NCBI RefSeq assembly: GCF_004010195.1
Contig: NC_057756.1
Span: forward strand, 9,128,434-9,163,626
DNA length: 35,193 bases
Direction of reading: 5' to 3'
Source: Chiloscyllium plagiosum
Lineage: Eukaryota
Notes under the pieces: model-generated
The model's input: the letters and a program-made list of their open reading frames with translations, nothing else
Database searches by the model: none
What the model was told of the DNA's origin: nothing
Part shown: piece after piece, positions 8,770-19,215 of the stretch
Layout of the letters: each line of letters begins with the position of its first letter
Position numbering within the stretch: position 1 is the first letter of the stretch
Made by a program: the position numbers and the translations under genes

Positions 8770-10580
8770 ATCCCAGAGTGTTCCCGTCAGTCTGAATCCC
8801 AGTGTGTTCCCGTCAGTCTGAATTCCAGTGCATTCTCGTCAGTCTGAATCCCAGTGCGTTCCCGTCAGTCTGAATCCCAGAGTGTTTCCGTCAGTCTGAA
8901 TCCCAGTGCATTCTCGTCAGTCTGAATCCCAGTGGGTTCCCGTCAATCTGAATCCCAGAGTGTTCCTGTCAGTCTGACTCCCTGTGTTCCCATCAGTCTG
9001 AATCCCAGGGTGTTCCCATCAGCCTGACTCCCAGAGTGTTCCTGTCAGTCTGAATCCCAGTGTATTCCCGTCAGTCTGAATCCCAGTGTATTCCCATTAG
9101 TCAGACTCCCAGTGTGTTCCCGTCAGTCTGAATCCAAGTGTGTTCCCGTCAGTCTGACTCCCAGTGTGTTCCCGTCAGTCCGAATACCACTGTTCCAGTC
9201 AGTCTGAATCCCAGTGTGTTCCCATTAGACCGACTCCCAGTGTGTTCTCAGCCTATCCCTGTCAGTGTATCTCCCAGCCTGTCCCTGTCACTGTATCGCC
9301 CACTCTGTCCCTATCAGTGTAACCCCTGGCCTGTCCCTGTCAGTGTATCTCACGGCCTGTCCCTGTATCTCCCAGCCTGTCCCTGTCAGTGTATCTCCCA
9401 CCCTGTCCCTGTCAGTGTAACCCCTGGCCTGTCCCTGTCAGTGTATCTCCCGGCCTGTCCCTGTCACTGTATCTCCCGGCCTGTCCCTGTCAGTGTATCT
9501 CCCAGCCTGTCCCTGTCAGTGTAACCCCTGGCCTGTCCCTGTCACTGTATCTCCCACTCAGTCCCTATCAGTGTAACCCCCGGCCAGTCCCTGTCAGTGT
9601 AACCCCTGGCCTGTCCCTGTCAGTGTAACCCCGGGCCTGTCCCTGTCACTGTATCTCCCACTCAGTCCCTATCAGAGTAACCCCTGGCCTGTCCCTGTCA
9701 CTGTATCTCCCACTCAGTCCCTATCAGAGTAACCCCTGGCCTGTCCCTGTCACTGTATCTCCCACTCAGTCCCTATCAGAGTAACCCCTGGCCTGTCCCT
9801 GTCAGTGTATCTCCCACCCTGACCCTGTCAGTGTATCTCCCACCCTGACCCTGTCAGTGTATCTCCCACCCTGACCCTGTCAGTGTATCTCCCACCCTGA
9901 CCCTGTCAGTGTATCTCCCACCCTGACCCTGTCAGTGTATCTCCCACCCTGACCCTGTCAGTGTATCTCCCACCCTGACCCTGTCAGTGTATCTCCCACC
10001 CTGACCCTGTCAGTGTATCTCCCACCCTGACCCTGTCAGTGTATCTCCCACCCTGACCCTGTCAGTGTATCTCCCACCCTGACCCTGTCAGTGTATCTCC
10101 CACCCTGACCCTGTCAGTGTATCTCCCACCCTGACCCTGTCAGTGTATCTCCCACCCTGACCCTGTCAGTGTATCTCCCACCCTGACCCTGTCAGTGTAT
10201 CTCCCACCCTGACCCTGTCAGTGTATCTCCCACCCTGACCCTGTCAGTGTATCTCCCACCCTGACCCTGTCAGTGTATCTCCCACCCTGACCCTGTCAGT
10301 GTATCTCCCACCCTGACCCTGTCAGTGTATCTCCCACCCTGACCCTGTCAGTGTATCTCCCACCCTGACCCTGTCAGTGTATCTCCCACCCTGACCCTGT
10401 CAGTGTATCTCCCACCCTGACCCTGTCAGTGTATCTCCCACCCTGACCCTGTCAGTGTATCTCCCACCCTGACCCTGTCAGTGTATCTCCCACCCTGACC
10501 CTGTCAGTGTATCTCCCACCCTGACCCTGTCAGTGTATCTCCCACCCTGACCCTGTCAGTGTATCTCCCACCCTGACCCT
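8770..10580 (+). repeat. Compound 26-bp-period minisatellite (three sub-arrays)
   Basis: GTCAGTCTGAATCCCAGTGTGTTCCC (8770-9245); CCTGTCCCTGTCAGTGTATCTCCCAG-type mixed units (9250-9800); CCCTGACCCTGTCAGTGTATCTCCCA x~30, perfect (9800-10580). Confidence 0.97.
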
Positions 10581-10885
10581 CCTGTGGTAAAGATTCCTTG
10601 GAATCATTACCTCATCTCGAATTCCGCCTTGCAATGCCTAATTTTGAGATTATACCCTCTCATCCTCGGAATCTTGGATGTTTCAATGAGGTCTCTCAAT
10701 CTTTTCAACTCTAACGAGGCTAGGCCCAACCTCCTCAATCTCTCCTCATGACAAAGTCCCCTCCTTCCCCACATCCGCCCAGTGAACCCTCTCTGGACTG
10801 CCCCCAATCCCAGAATCCCTTTCCTCAGGTGAATGGCCCAAATCTGTTCACTGTATTCTAGCTGTGATCTGACCCCTGCCTTCTG
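10581..10885 (-). mobile_element. Degenerate CR1 fragment
   Basis: AVQRGFT..EERLRRLGL..LKRLRDLIETSKI. Confidence 0.85.
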
Positions 10886-10982
10886 TTGTTTGAGCAGACC
10901 ACTTTCCTCGGGGTGAGGGGCTAACCCACTGACCTGGATTTTTGAAGTAACCCGGATAATTTATTTTCTGTCGCCTTGTCAG

Positions 10983-11052
10983 ATTCCGCAAAATTAAGCT
11001 GAAGCAGAGGAAGCTCCGGGAGCAGGTCAGCGCCATGATGGACATCTCCAAG
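10983..11052 (+). CDS. KCNN4: KCNN4 (KCa3.1/IK1)-like penultimate coding exon, calmodulin-binding helix: x-FRKIKLKQRKLREQVSAMMDISK
   Basis: Acceptor ttttctgtcgccttgtcag, donor AAG|GTAACA, 70 nt. Closely matches human KCNN4 [23 protein letters not shown], better than KCNN2 [23 protein letters not shown]; SMG9 lies downstream as in human. Confidence 0.93.
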
Positions 11053-11082
11053 GTAACAGGCGCTATGGTCTAATCAGCTTCC

Positions 11083-11095
11083 AGGTCAAAGGTCA
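11083..11095 (+). promoter_or_regulatory. Perfect DR1 nuclear-receptor element AGGTCAAAGGTCA
   Basis: Exact consensus, 30 nt into the intron; function untested. Confidence 0.45.
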
Positions 11096-11134
11096 ATGGA
11101 CCCATCATCGCCCCCCCCCCCCACCTCCCTTACA

Positions 11135-11910
11135 TGGAACTGTGCAGAACGGAGTGAATGGGAAGGGCGTTTGATCCATTGGGATTCTGTAGAATGGGAG
11201 TGAATAGGAAAGGATTTTGGGGCTCCTCTGGATTTGTGTCCAATGGGAGTGAATGAAAAGGGAGTATGATTCATTGGGATTGCATACAACAGGAGTGAAT
11301 GGGAAGGGGTTTGGTCCATTGGGAGTGTGTCAAATGGGAATGAATGGGAAATGGTTTGAATCCACTGGGATTGTGTCCAATGAGGGTGAATGGGAAGGGG
11401 TTTGAGTCCATTGGGATTTGTACATCGGGAGCGAATGGGGAAGGGGTTTAGGTCCACTGGGATTGTGTGGAGTGGTTGTGATCAGAAAGACATTTAGGTC
11501 CATTAGGATTGTGTTGAGCGGCTGTGAACAGGAAAACGTTTCGCTCCATTGGGATTGTGTAGAGTGGGAGAGAATGGGCAAAGAATTTTGGGGTCCAATT
11601 GGGATTGTGTAGACTGGGAGTGAATGGGAAGGGGTTTGAGTCCATTAGGATTGTGTAGACTGAGATTGAATGGGAAGGGGTTTAGGTCCATTGGGATTGT
11701 GTAGAGTGGGAATGAATAGGGAAGTGTTTTGGGTCCTTTGGGATTGTGTAGAGTGGGAGTGAATGGGGAAGTGTTTTGGGTCCTTTGGAATTGTGTAGAC
11801 CGGGCGTGAATGGGAAGTGTTTTAGGTCCATTGGAATTGTGTAGAGCGGGAGTGAATGGGAAGACATTTGGGTCCATTGGGATTGTGTAGAGCGGGAATG
11901 AAGGGGGAAG
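11135..11910 (+). repeat. Diverged ~46-bp minisatellite (CCATTGGGATTGTGTAGAGTGGGAGTGAATGGGAAGGGGTTTGGGT) filling the last KCNN4 coding intron
   Basis: ~16 imperfect copies. Confidence 0.93.
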
Positions 11911-12057
11911 CGGTTCAAGGTATTCCCTGACATGACGATCCTCAGAGATGCTGGGAGGGGTGGGGGTGGGGATTGGCGAGGAACAACGTGTCATGAATAG
12001 GGGGGGTGAAGAGCGATGTCACTACAGAAGGTTAACATGTAACTCCTGACCTTGAAG

Positions 12058-12222
12058 ATGCAGCTGCTCCTGCAAGACATGAATGCCAGGATGATGGAGT
12101 CCTACGCCGAGATGGAGAACAACCTGGCAGCCTTGGTAACCAAGGTCGATAGACTCTCCGCGGCCTTTGACGAGCTGCCCAGGCTGATCTGTGACACTTT
12201 CAACGGGCAAAAGACTGGGTGA
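12058..12222 (+). CDS. KCNN4: KCNN4-like terminal coding exon (coiled-coil): MQLLLQDMNARMMESYAEMENNLAALVTKVDRLSAAFDELPRLICDTFNGQKTG*
   Basis: Acceptor cctgaccttgaag, phase 0 matching the previous exon. Aligns with KCNN4 MHMILYDLQQ..LEKQIDTLAGKLDAL and KCNN2 ..LPGLISQTI; TGA 12220-12222. Confidence 0.88.
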   Translation: MQLLLQDMNARMMESYAEMENNLAALVTKVDRLSAAFDELPRLICDTFNGQKTG

Positions 12223-12365
12223 GGGCGACCCCCTTGGCAATGACCTGCCATAAACACTGGCTGGTACCTGGGCACCCAATCAGGAGAGGGTAGGGGGGCC
12301 TAGATGGTTTAGAGTCACTGGCGAACTCCAGGTTTCCTGTCACCCATTCATTCTGAGGCTAATAC

Positions 12366-12383
12366 GAACCTTCCAGAACGTTC
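12366..12383. promoter_or_regulatory. Perfect 4-unit heat-shock element GAAccTTCcaGAAcgTTC
   Basis: Four contiguous inverted nGAAn pentamers. Confidence 0.55.
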
Positions 12384-12919
12384 TCAAAGGGGAAATGTCT
12401 GAGGCTCTTGGCCACCCTGAGGAGAAACGTTTATATCAGAGACCGCTCACCCACAGCTCAAAATGGTCGCCGTAGCGGCCGTGAAAATTCCTCTGAATTT
12501 CTGACCAAACCAGGGATCCCGGCCGGGAACACTAAGGCTCAACCTTGTCATTTGGAGGGATGTTCCTTTCGTTCATTCAGCTCTGCTTCCTGGATTTTAA
12601 TGGCACCCCATCCCCACCCTTTTCCCTCCCCCTCTCTCAAAAGCTTCGGTTCCTTGGTGGGGGAGGAGGCTGGTGGTGGGGGGAACGGAGGATTGCAATC
12701 CTCTAGCGCCCTACCCCACCCCAAGCACATGCCAGAACCACCTCTCTGTCCAACTTCCAATCGTGGTGTTTGTGCAACGCAAGCTCCCGCATGTCAGCAC
12801 CGTGACTGACCCACGTTCACCTGTAATGAGGGTTGGCGAATACTGGCCTCAAGCCATCAGGGACAACTTCCCCATCTCACTGCTCTTCATCCAAATAATC
12901 GAGTTTTATTCATTTGTGG

Positions 12920-13135
12920 GGGGCATTGCTGCCTGGGCCTACCATTTATTACCCCCGTCCCAAGTCTCCCCCTTGAGAAGGTGGGGGTGAGCTGCCATCT
13001 TGAACCACTGCAGGCCTCATGCAGTTGGTGGACCCACAATGCCCTTAGGGAGGGAATGCTGGGACTTTGACACTGAAGGAACGGTAGTACATTTCCAAGT
13101 CAGGATAGTGATTGGCTGAGAGAGTGACTTGAATC
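12920..13135 (-). mobile_element. 3' end of a CR1/L2-group LINE
   Basis: Same family as 22100-22400 (+) and 34850-35193 (-): gagaaggtgg..gagctgcc..cttgaac..ctgaaggaacgg..tccaagtc. Confidence 0.75.
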
Positions 13136-13419
13136 CACAATCCATTGGCTTTGAGTATCATCGTGCACCACATGGCCATTACTGGTCTCTGGCGGTGAAG
13201 AGGCTGTTCAACCTTGGGGTGCATCATCCCATTTGGCGTGGGACCAAGATGAACCGACTGATAAAGATTGATTCGTACTGTTAGCTGCTGACCCTGACCT
13301 CTGCTCCTAACTCTGACCCTATCCCTGGTCCCTGGCAAAACTATGTCCAAACCCACTGTGATGCAACACTGGGATAGAGACGTAATGCACTGTTTTGGCT
13401 GGTGTACATAGGAAGGCAG

Positions 13420-13990
13420 TTCAGCACAGACACAGGCCATTCAGCCCATCGCTCAGTGCTGGTGTTTCTGCTCCACCTTTCTCTTCACCTGCCCCCATTG
13501 CCATCTCCTTTCCTCCTTTTTGCCCTTGTGGTGTTTATCCATCGTTTCCACTTCACTTCCCATAATATCGACACAATTCACCTTGAGCAAGTCCCTCATT
13601 TCTCCTCTCCCCACTCCCTGTGGGAATGAGATCCACATTCTATTCCCCACCCCAAATCTGTGTGGGAGTGAGTCCCACATTCCCTCACCCCCCCCGACCC
13701 CCACACTCCCTGTGGGAGTGAGTCTCGCATTCACCACCATTGATTGGGTGAAGACATTTATCTTGAAAGCCCCATTGGATGTATTCGGGTCTGTCTTTTG
13801 TCGCTGCAGATGCCAAGCCCCTCACCCTCCCAAATTCTGGCCTCCCATCCCTCACAACGGGAAACATCCTCTCCATGACTGACCTATTAAACCCCCTGCA
13901 CCCCTCCCCCCCACCCCAGATTTATAAAGGCCTGGGACGCTCTCCCCTCAGCCTCCTCTCTCTGAGAAAAGGGAGGGAGAACGTCTGCCC
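13420..13990 (-). mobile_element. Highly degenerate CR1 fragment
   Basis: acaggccattcagcccatc end; MWDSLP motif; tctcccctcagcctcctc. Confidence 0.65.
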
Positions 13991-14159
13991 ATTCCCTCTT
14001 TCCTGTGATTCGTGACCTCTGACCTCTGTTGTCCTTGACTAACACCTTCCCATCGGCCTCTCTATCCTCTCTCTAACGCCACGTGTCACCGGAAAAAGTG
14101 AAAGATTGTTGTCTCTATACTTGACCTGATGGACTTGGATTGGCCATTTCTAAGAGTCA

Positions 14160-14345
14160 TCCACATAAGCTGTGGGTTTCTGGAGTCACGTGTAAATCAG
14201 ACCGGGTAAGGATGGCAGATTTCTCCGAAAGGACATTCGTGAACCAGAGTGTTCTTTCTGACAATCGAAAATAATAACAGTCGCCATCACAGAGACGAAC
14301 TTTATATCCCATTTGTTCACACTCATTGACTTTACAGGCCACCAT
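14160..14345 (-). mobile_element. SINE fragment
   Basis: ggagtcacgtgta..cagaccgggtaaggatggcagattt..aaggacatt.gtgaaccag pattern recalled from elasmobranch SINEs. Confidence 0.55.
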
Positions 14346-14619
14346 CTGCAGTGCTCTCCCTTGTGTTTATCATTGCATGTCTTGGCATAATCAAGACTTC
14401 ACTGTTATGTTACAATCTGGAGAGGATCCAATTCAGTCACGGCCCAGGATTTGTGATGACTTTATAGATTTTGGAAGCCTTCCCAACCCCACAACCAATC
14501 AGAATCACGGAACTGTTGCTGGGCCAATGGTTCTCTGAATGATCTTCTCACCGAGTGCTGTTCCCTGACCTTCTCCCTGTAACCTCCACACTTTCCAGGT
14601 ACCCCTGCTAATTCCCTAT

Positions 14620-14872
14620 GGAATTAAATTGGCCCAGAGTGTCCAGGGATGTGCAGGTTGGGGTGGATTGGCCGTGCTAAATTATGCATAGTGCCCAGGG
14701 ATGTGCAGGTTAGGGTGGATTGGCCATGCTAAATTACCCATGGTGCCCAGTGATGTATAGGTTGGATTAGCTCTGGGAAGGGTCGGGATTGGGTTTGGGT
14801 GTGATATGTTTCAGAGGGGCGGTGTGGACTTGATGGGCCGAATGACCTGCTCCCACCCTGGAGGGATTCTGT
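14620..14872 (+). mobile_element. HE1/V-SINE 3' portion with 53-bp internal repeats
   Basis: gatgtgcaggttagggtggattggccatgctaaatt units plus CR1-like tail. Confidence 0.85.
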
Positions 14873-15257
14873 GAAAACTGGTCTTGGGAATGCCCCTGAT
14901 GGGGAGATTCGGATTTCTGACCCAGCGAGAAGTTGCTGTTGTTGTAATATGGGACAACCTGCCTGAAAGGGCGTAGCTTCAAGAGAACTTTCACATCGAG
15001 GGGGTGAGTGAGGGGAAATACTGGAAGGCGATATATCCTCCAGGGCCGGGGGTGGAGGGGGTCTAATCAGAGAGATCTTACAGAGACAGACTGAATGCCC
15101 ACTCCCACTGTGCTGCAAGATGTTCCAACTCCATGGTAGTTACCTCTCTTGAGCCTGTTGTTGTTAATGACGATGTCTTTGTTGTTATTATTATAAATGC
15201 TTTGGGCGCACGTTCCTGATGTGCAATTCTTTCTGTCATAATGCCGCGATATTTTTA

Positions 15258-15263
15258 AATAAA
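15258..15263 (+). terminator. Candidate KCNN4 polyadenylation signal AATAAA
   Basis: First AATAAA noticed after the stop; AT-rich upstream, GT/T-rich downstream. Confidence 0.35.
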
Positions 15264-15557
15264 AGAACACAGAAAAGAAACATCCGAGTGGAAATGCTCT
15301 GTTCCTTATCATCTCAGTGTGTGCCCTCATCAAACATTTCTCCCAGGGTCCAGCAACCAGTCAGGAGGAAGCCATTCAAATCCTTGAGACTGCTCTTGTA
15401 TCCCTCTCCTCCTTCACCGCCATTCAATAGCTCCTCCAGCCCGATTCCACGTTCCCGAATTGTGAATTCCAACGATTGACCGCTCTGTGGTCAGGTGCTG
15501 AATGGCTACGAGCCTGGGTTAAGAGCTACAATGAAGCATGCTGGGAATTTCGGTCAA

Positions 15558-15915
15558 GCCTAAATCTATGCCCTTCAGTTCTGGACTCCTCCACCCCAGG
15601 GAATAGACCTTGTCTATTTATCCTATCCATGCCCCTCATGATTTTATAAATCTCTATAAGGTCACCCCTCAGCCTTCGACATTCTAGCCCCAGCCTGTTC
15701 AGCCTTTCCCTGTAGCTCAAACCCTCCAACCCTGGCAACGTCCTTGTAAATCATTTCTGAACTCTTCTGATAGGAGGGAGACCAGAATTGCACAGTTTTC
15801 CAAAAGTGGCCTAACCAGTGTCCTGTACAGCCGCAACATGACCTCCCAACTCCTGTACTCAATACTCTGACCAATAAAGGAAAGCATACCAAACACCTTC
15901 TTCACTATCCTATCT
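15558..15915 (-). mobile_element. CR1 fragment
   Basis: DRIVKKVFGMLSFIGQSIEYRSWEVMLRLYRTLVRP; RRLRGDLIEIYKIM. Confidence 0.95.
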
Positions 15916-16099
15916 GCAAGGAATGGAGGCATATGCACCAAGGGCAGGCAGAAGGGATTAGTTTAATTTGGCGTCATATTCGGCACAACATAGTGGGCCA
16001 AAGGGCCTGTTCCTGTGCTGTATTTTTCTATATTCTAAATAAACCAATGATTTCTCTGTGGGGAGTAGGTTCAGTTGAACAAGAGACGGATGAGGTGAT

Positions 16100-16570
16100 A
16101 TACTTGTACAAGTAAAGAAACAGTATGAATGGAACTATACTAGAGAGAGTACAGGATCCGAGTAAAGCAGGGTGGGTTTGTGCTTTGGATGTGGCAGGAC
16201 TGGCCCAGAGAGCTGTAAATAAAATATTACTGTATTCTCAGCTTCATTGAAGTATAGAGTACAGGAACACGGAGGTTATTGTGTATAGTCATGCGTGCCG
16301 CACTGGGCACAAAGCAGGAGGATTTTACTCGACTGGCTCCAGGAATGAGAAACTGCAGTAGGATAAGGATATAATGAAGAGATTGGCACTGTTCTCCCTG
16401 GAGAGGATAGGGCTCAGAGAAGATCTGTTAGAGGCTTTTGACATCATCAGAGGTCTGGGCTGAGTGGATAACGAGAAATTATTCTCATTCATAAAAGCCT
16501 CAGGAACCAGAGGACATGGGTTGAAAGCACAGTATTTTGCAAAAGAAGATGCCGCCTGGAAATGTGGTGG
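16100..16570 (+). mobile_element. Old CR1 fragment
   Basis: LALFSLERIGLREDLLEAFDII..GTRGHGLK. Confidence 0.75.
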
Positions 16571-16578
16571 ATGTAAGG

Positions 16579-16649
16579 CAACACACACACACATACAGAC
16601 ACTCTCTCTCACACACACACACACGCACACGCACAAACAGACACATACA

Positions 16650-16680
<31 letters not shown>

Positions 16681-16716
16681 TCTCTCACAGGCACACACGC
16701 ACACACACACACAGAT
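16579..16716 (+). repeat. Compound (CA)n/(CT)n microsatellite
   Basis: Read directly. Confidence 0.97.
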
Positions 16717-17290
16717 ACAAGCGTTTGGAGAGGGAGGTCCAGAGCAGTGGAACAGGAAATAGGGGTGGTGTGGTGAAGGGCTGTTCTAGATGATGGGGGG
16801 AGGAAAGGCACATTGTTCAAAATAGGTGGACATCTGGGATACTCGCGAGTGGAATGTCTCCTCGTCCGAGCAGATGCGGGGGTGGAATTGGGAGAATGGG
16901 ATGGATTTCTTGCAGGATGCTGGGTGGGGGGAGGTGTAGTCCAGGTAGTTATGAGAGTCTGTGGGTTTGTAGTAAACGTCCATCTGGAGACTGTTGCTGG
17001 AGATGGAAATGGAGAGTTGTAGTAAACATCCATCTGGAGACTGTCGCTGGAGATGGAAATGGTGAGGTCAAGAAAGAGGAGGGAGGTGTCCGAGACGGAC
17101 CAAGTGAATTTGAGGGCAGTGTGGAAGTTGTGGGCGAAGTCAACGATCTGCTCTGGGCAGCCTGGGTGCAGGACACTACGCCAATGCAGTCATCGATGCA
17201 ACAGCGGAAGAGTTGGGGCATAGCGATTATGTAGGTACTGAAGATAGACTGTTCGATATGGCCAACAAAGAGGCAGGCGTAGCTAGGACA
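16717..17290 (-). mobile_element. Penelope-like element RT fragment with a ~50-bp internal duplication (16965-17065)
   Basis: PQLFRCCIDDCIG (RT YxDD region); YYKPTDSHNYLDYTSPHPASCKKSIPFSQF..RICSDEETF (PLE thumb). Confidence 0.92.
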
Positions 17291-17291
17291 C

Positions 17292-17841
17292 CTGCAATTT
17301 ATTTTTGTCTCAAGCCCAACTCCATTGGCTGGGATTGAACATTGTCGTCGGGTTTGGTCAATTCATTGGCTGAGTGCCAGAGAAGGTTCTAGAAGGATGA
17401 GCACACTTTGGGATAAAAGTTAGCAGGAATGACCATTTGAGACCAACAGTTGAGAAGCACGTGCTCTGAAGTCTTTTTTTTTCCCGAGGAAAAAAACCAT
17501 GAGGCAAGATCTACAGCGTGAGCAAAATTGGCCACTTGACTCAATTCGGGGTCGTATTTGTTTCAAGCCAAACTAAAATAGTTATAGTTAGGGTTAAATG
17601 TGGATTAAGTTAAGGTGAGTTAAAGTGAAGTTAAATGAAGTGAGTTAAAGTTGGATGAAGTAAACATTAACTATTGTAACAATTGTATGTTTTAGACTGA
17701 GTGTTGATTCCCTAAGAGTTAAATAAAGAAGGGTTTGTTTGATTAAAGTCTGAGTCGACTCCACGTCTTTTGTCTGTCACACAAGGGAAGAATTCCTTGA
17801 TAAAAGGACTCCTTTCAGGCAACAATCTCTGAGTGACAACA
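17292..17841 (+). mobile_element. Possible solo/truncated LTR (Gypsy-like)
   Basis: Two ATTGGC boxes, 3-unit HSE 17382-17394, TATA-like GATAAAAG ~17412, AATAAA ~17722, ends ..ACAACA against a CR1 fragment; no TSD or partner LTR seen. Confidence 0.4.
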
Positions 17842-17984
17842 TGTCGCCTCATCTCCATCCAAAATGGCCGACTGCTTATCCTGAGACAGTGGCCTGGTCA
17901 TAGTTTAGACTCTCCCGCGAGGGGAGGGTGGACCCCTCAGGTGGGAATAGCCTCTCAGCTTTGACCCTGCAAGAATTTAGTTCA

Positions 17985-18410
17985 TTTCATAGATTCACAC
18001 AGTGCAGAAAGGGCCCTTCGGCCCATCGAGTTTGCACCGACATAGATGCCAGTAAAAGTGTGCTGATCCCATTTTGTCCCATACCCGTGAATGTTGTGAT
18101 ATTTGAAGTGCTCATCCAAATATTTTTACAGAGGTTGTAAAGTTTCTAGCCTCAATTACCTTCCCAGGCAATGCATTCCAGATTCTCAGGCTGAGTGAAA
18201 AATCATTTTCTCAAATCCCCTCTGAATCTCCTGCCCCTTTCCCAAATTGTGCCATTTTGTGATTGATCCCTCAAACAAGGGGAACAGCTTCTTCCTATTC
18301 ACCTTGTCCATATCCCTCATAATCGTCCACACCTCAACCATGTCACCCCTCAGTCTTCTCTGTTCTACGGTAAACAATCCAAGCCAGGTTAGTCTCTCCT
18401 TATAGCTCAT
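17985..18410 (-). mobile_element. CR1 3' fragment
   Basis: SYKERLTWLGLFTVEQRRLRGDMVEV. Confidence 0.92.
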
Positions 18411-18940
18411 CCCCCAACCTCCTAAACTCCAGGAAGTTGTATCCTATCTTACTTGGGGCAGCACGGGGACTCAGTGGTTAGCAGTGCTGCCTCAGAGTGT
18501 TCAATTCCAGCCTCGGTTGACTGTCTGTGTGGAGTTTTCACATTCTCCCCGTGTCTGTGCGGGCTTCCACTGGGTGCTCCAGTTTCCTCCCACACTCCGA
18601 AGATGTGCAGGTTAGGGTAGATTGGCCATGCTAAATTGTCCCATAGTGCCCAGGGATATGCAGGTTAGGGTGGATTGGCCATGCTAAATTGTCTCATAGT
18701 GCCCAGGGATGTGTCGGTTAGGGTGGATTGACCATGCTAAATTGTCCCATAGTGTTTAGGGATGTGTAGGTTAGGGTGGATTGGCCATGCTAAATTGTCC
18801 CATAGTGCCCAGGGATGTGCAGGTTAGGGTGGATTGGCCATGCTAAATTGTCCAATAGTGTCCACTGATGTGCAGGTCAGGGTGGATTGGCCATGCTAAA
18901 TTGTCCCATAGTGCCCAGGGATATGCAGGTTAGGGTGGAC

Positions 18941-19215
18941 TGTTGTGGTTGTGTTCGCCAAGCTGGGAATTTGTGTTGCAGACGTTTCGTCCCCTGTCTA
19001 GGTGACATCCTCATTGCTTGGGAGCCTCCTGTGAAGCGCTTCTGTGATGTTTCCTCCGGCATTTAAGGCGGTTGGCACAGGATTCCCATTTCCTGGCCGG
19101 AGGAAAGATCACAGAAGCACTTCACAGGAGGCTCCCAAGCACTGAGGATGTCACCTAGACAGGGGACGAAACGTCTGCAACACAAATTCCCAGCTTGGCG
19201 AATCTTCTCACAAAC
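18941..19215. mobile_element. Palindromic Penelope-derived mini-element with 107-bp inverted arms and TSD TTAGGGTGGA
   Basis: Arms 18954-19060 and 19096-19202; TSD 18930-18939 and 19216-19225. Confidence 0.85.
19139..19178 (+). ncRNA. Minimal type I hammerhead ribozyme motif
   Basis: GCA CUGAGGA U GUCACCU-AGAC-AGGGGAC GAAA CG UC^ UGC: intact core, stem II, palindromic ACGU stem III, GCA/UGC stem I. Confidence 0.7.

Noticed and set aside
12022..12279. 85-aa minus-strand ORF
   Set aside because: Antisense shadow of the KCNN4 terminal exon
15313..15486. Minus-strand open frame SGQSLEFTIRERG..EGTH*
   Set aside because: No start, no partner exon, no recognisable homology
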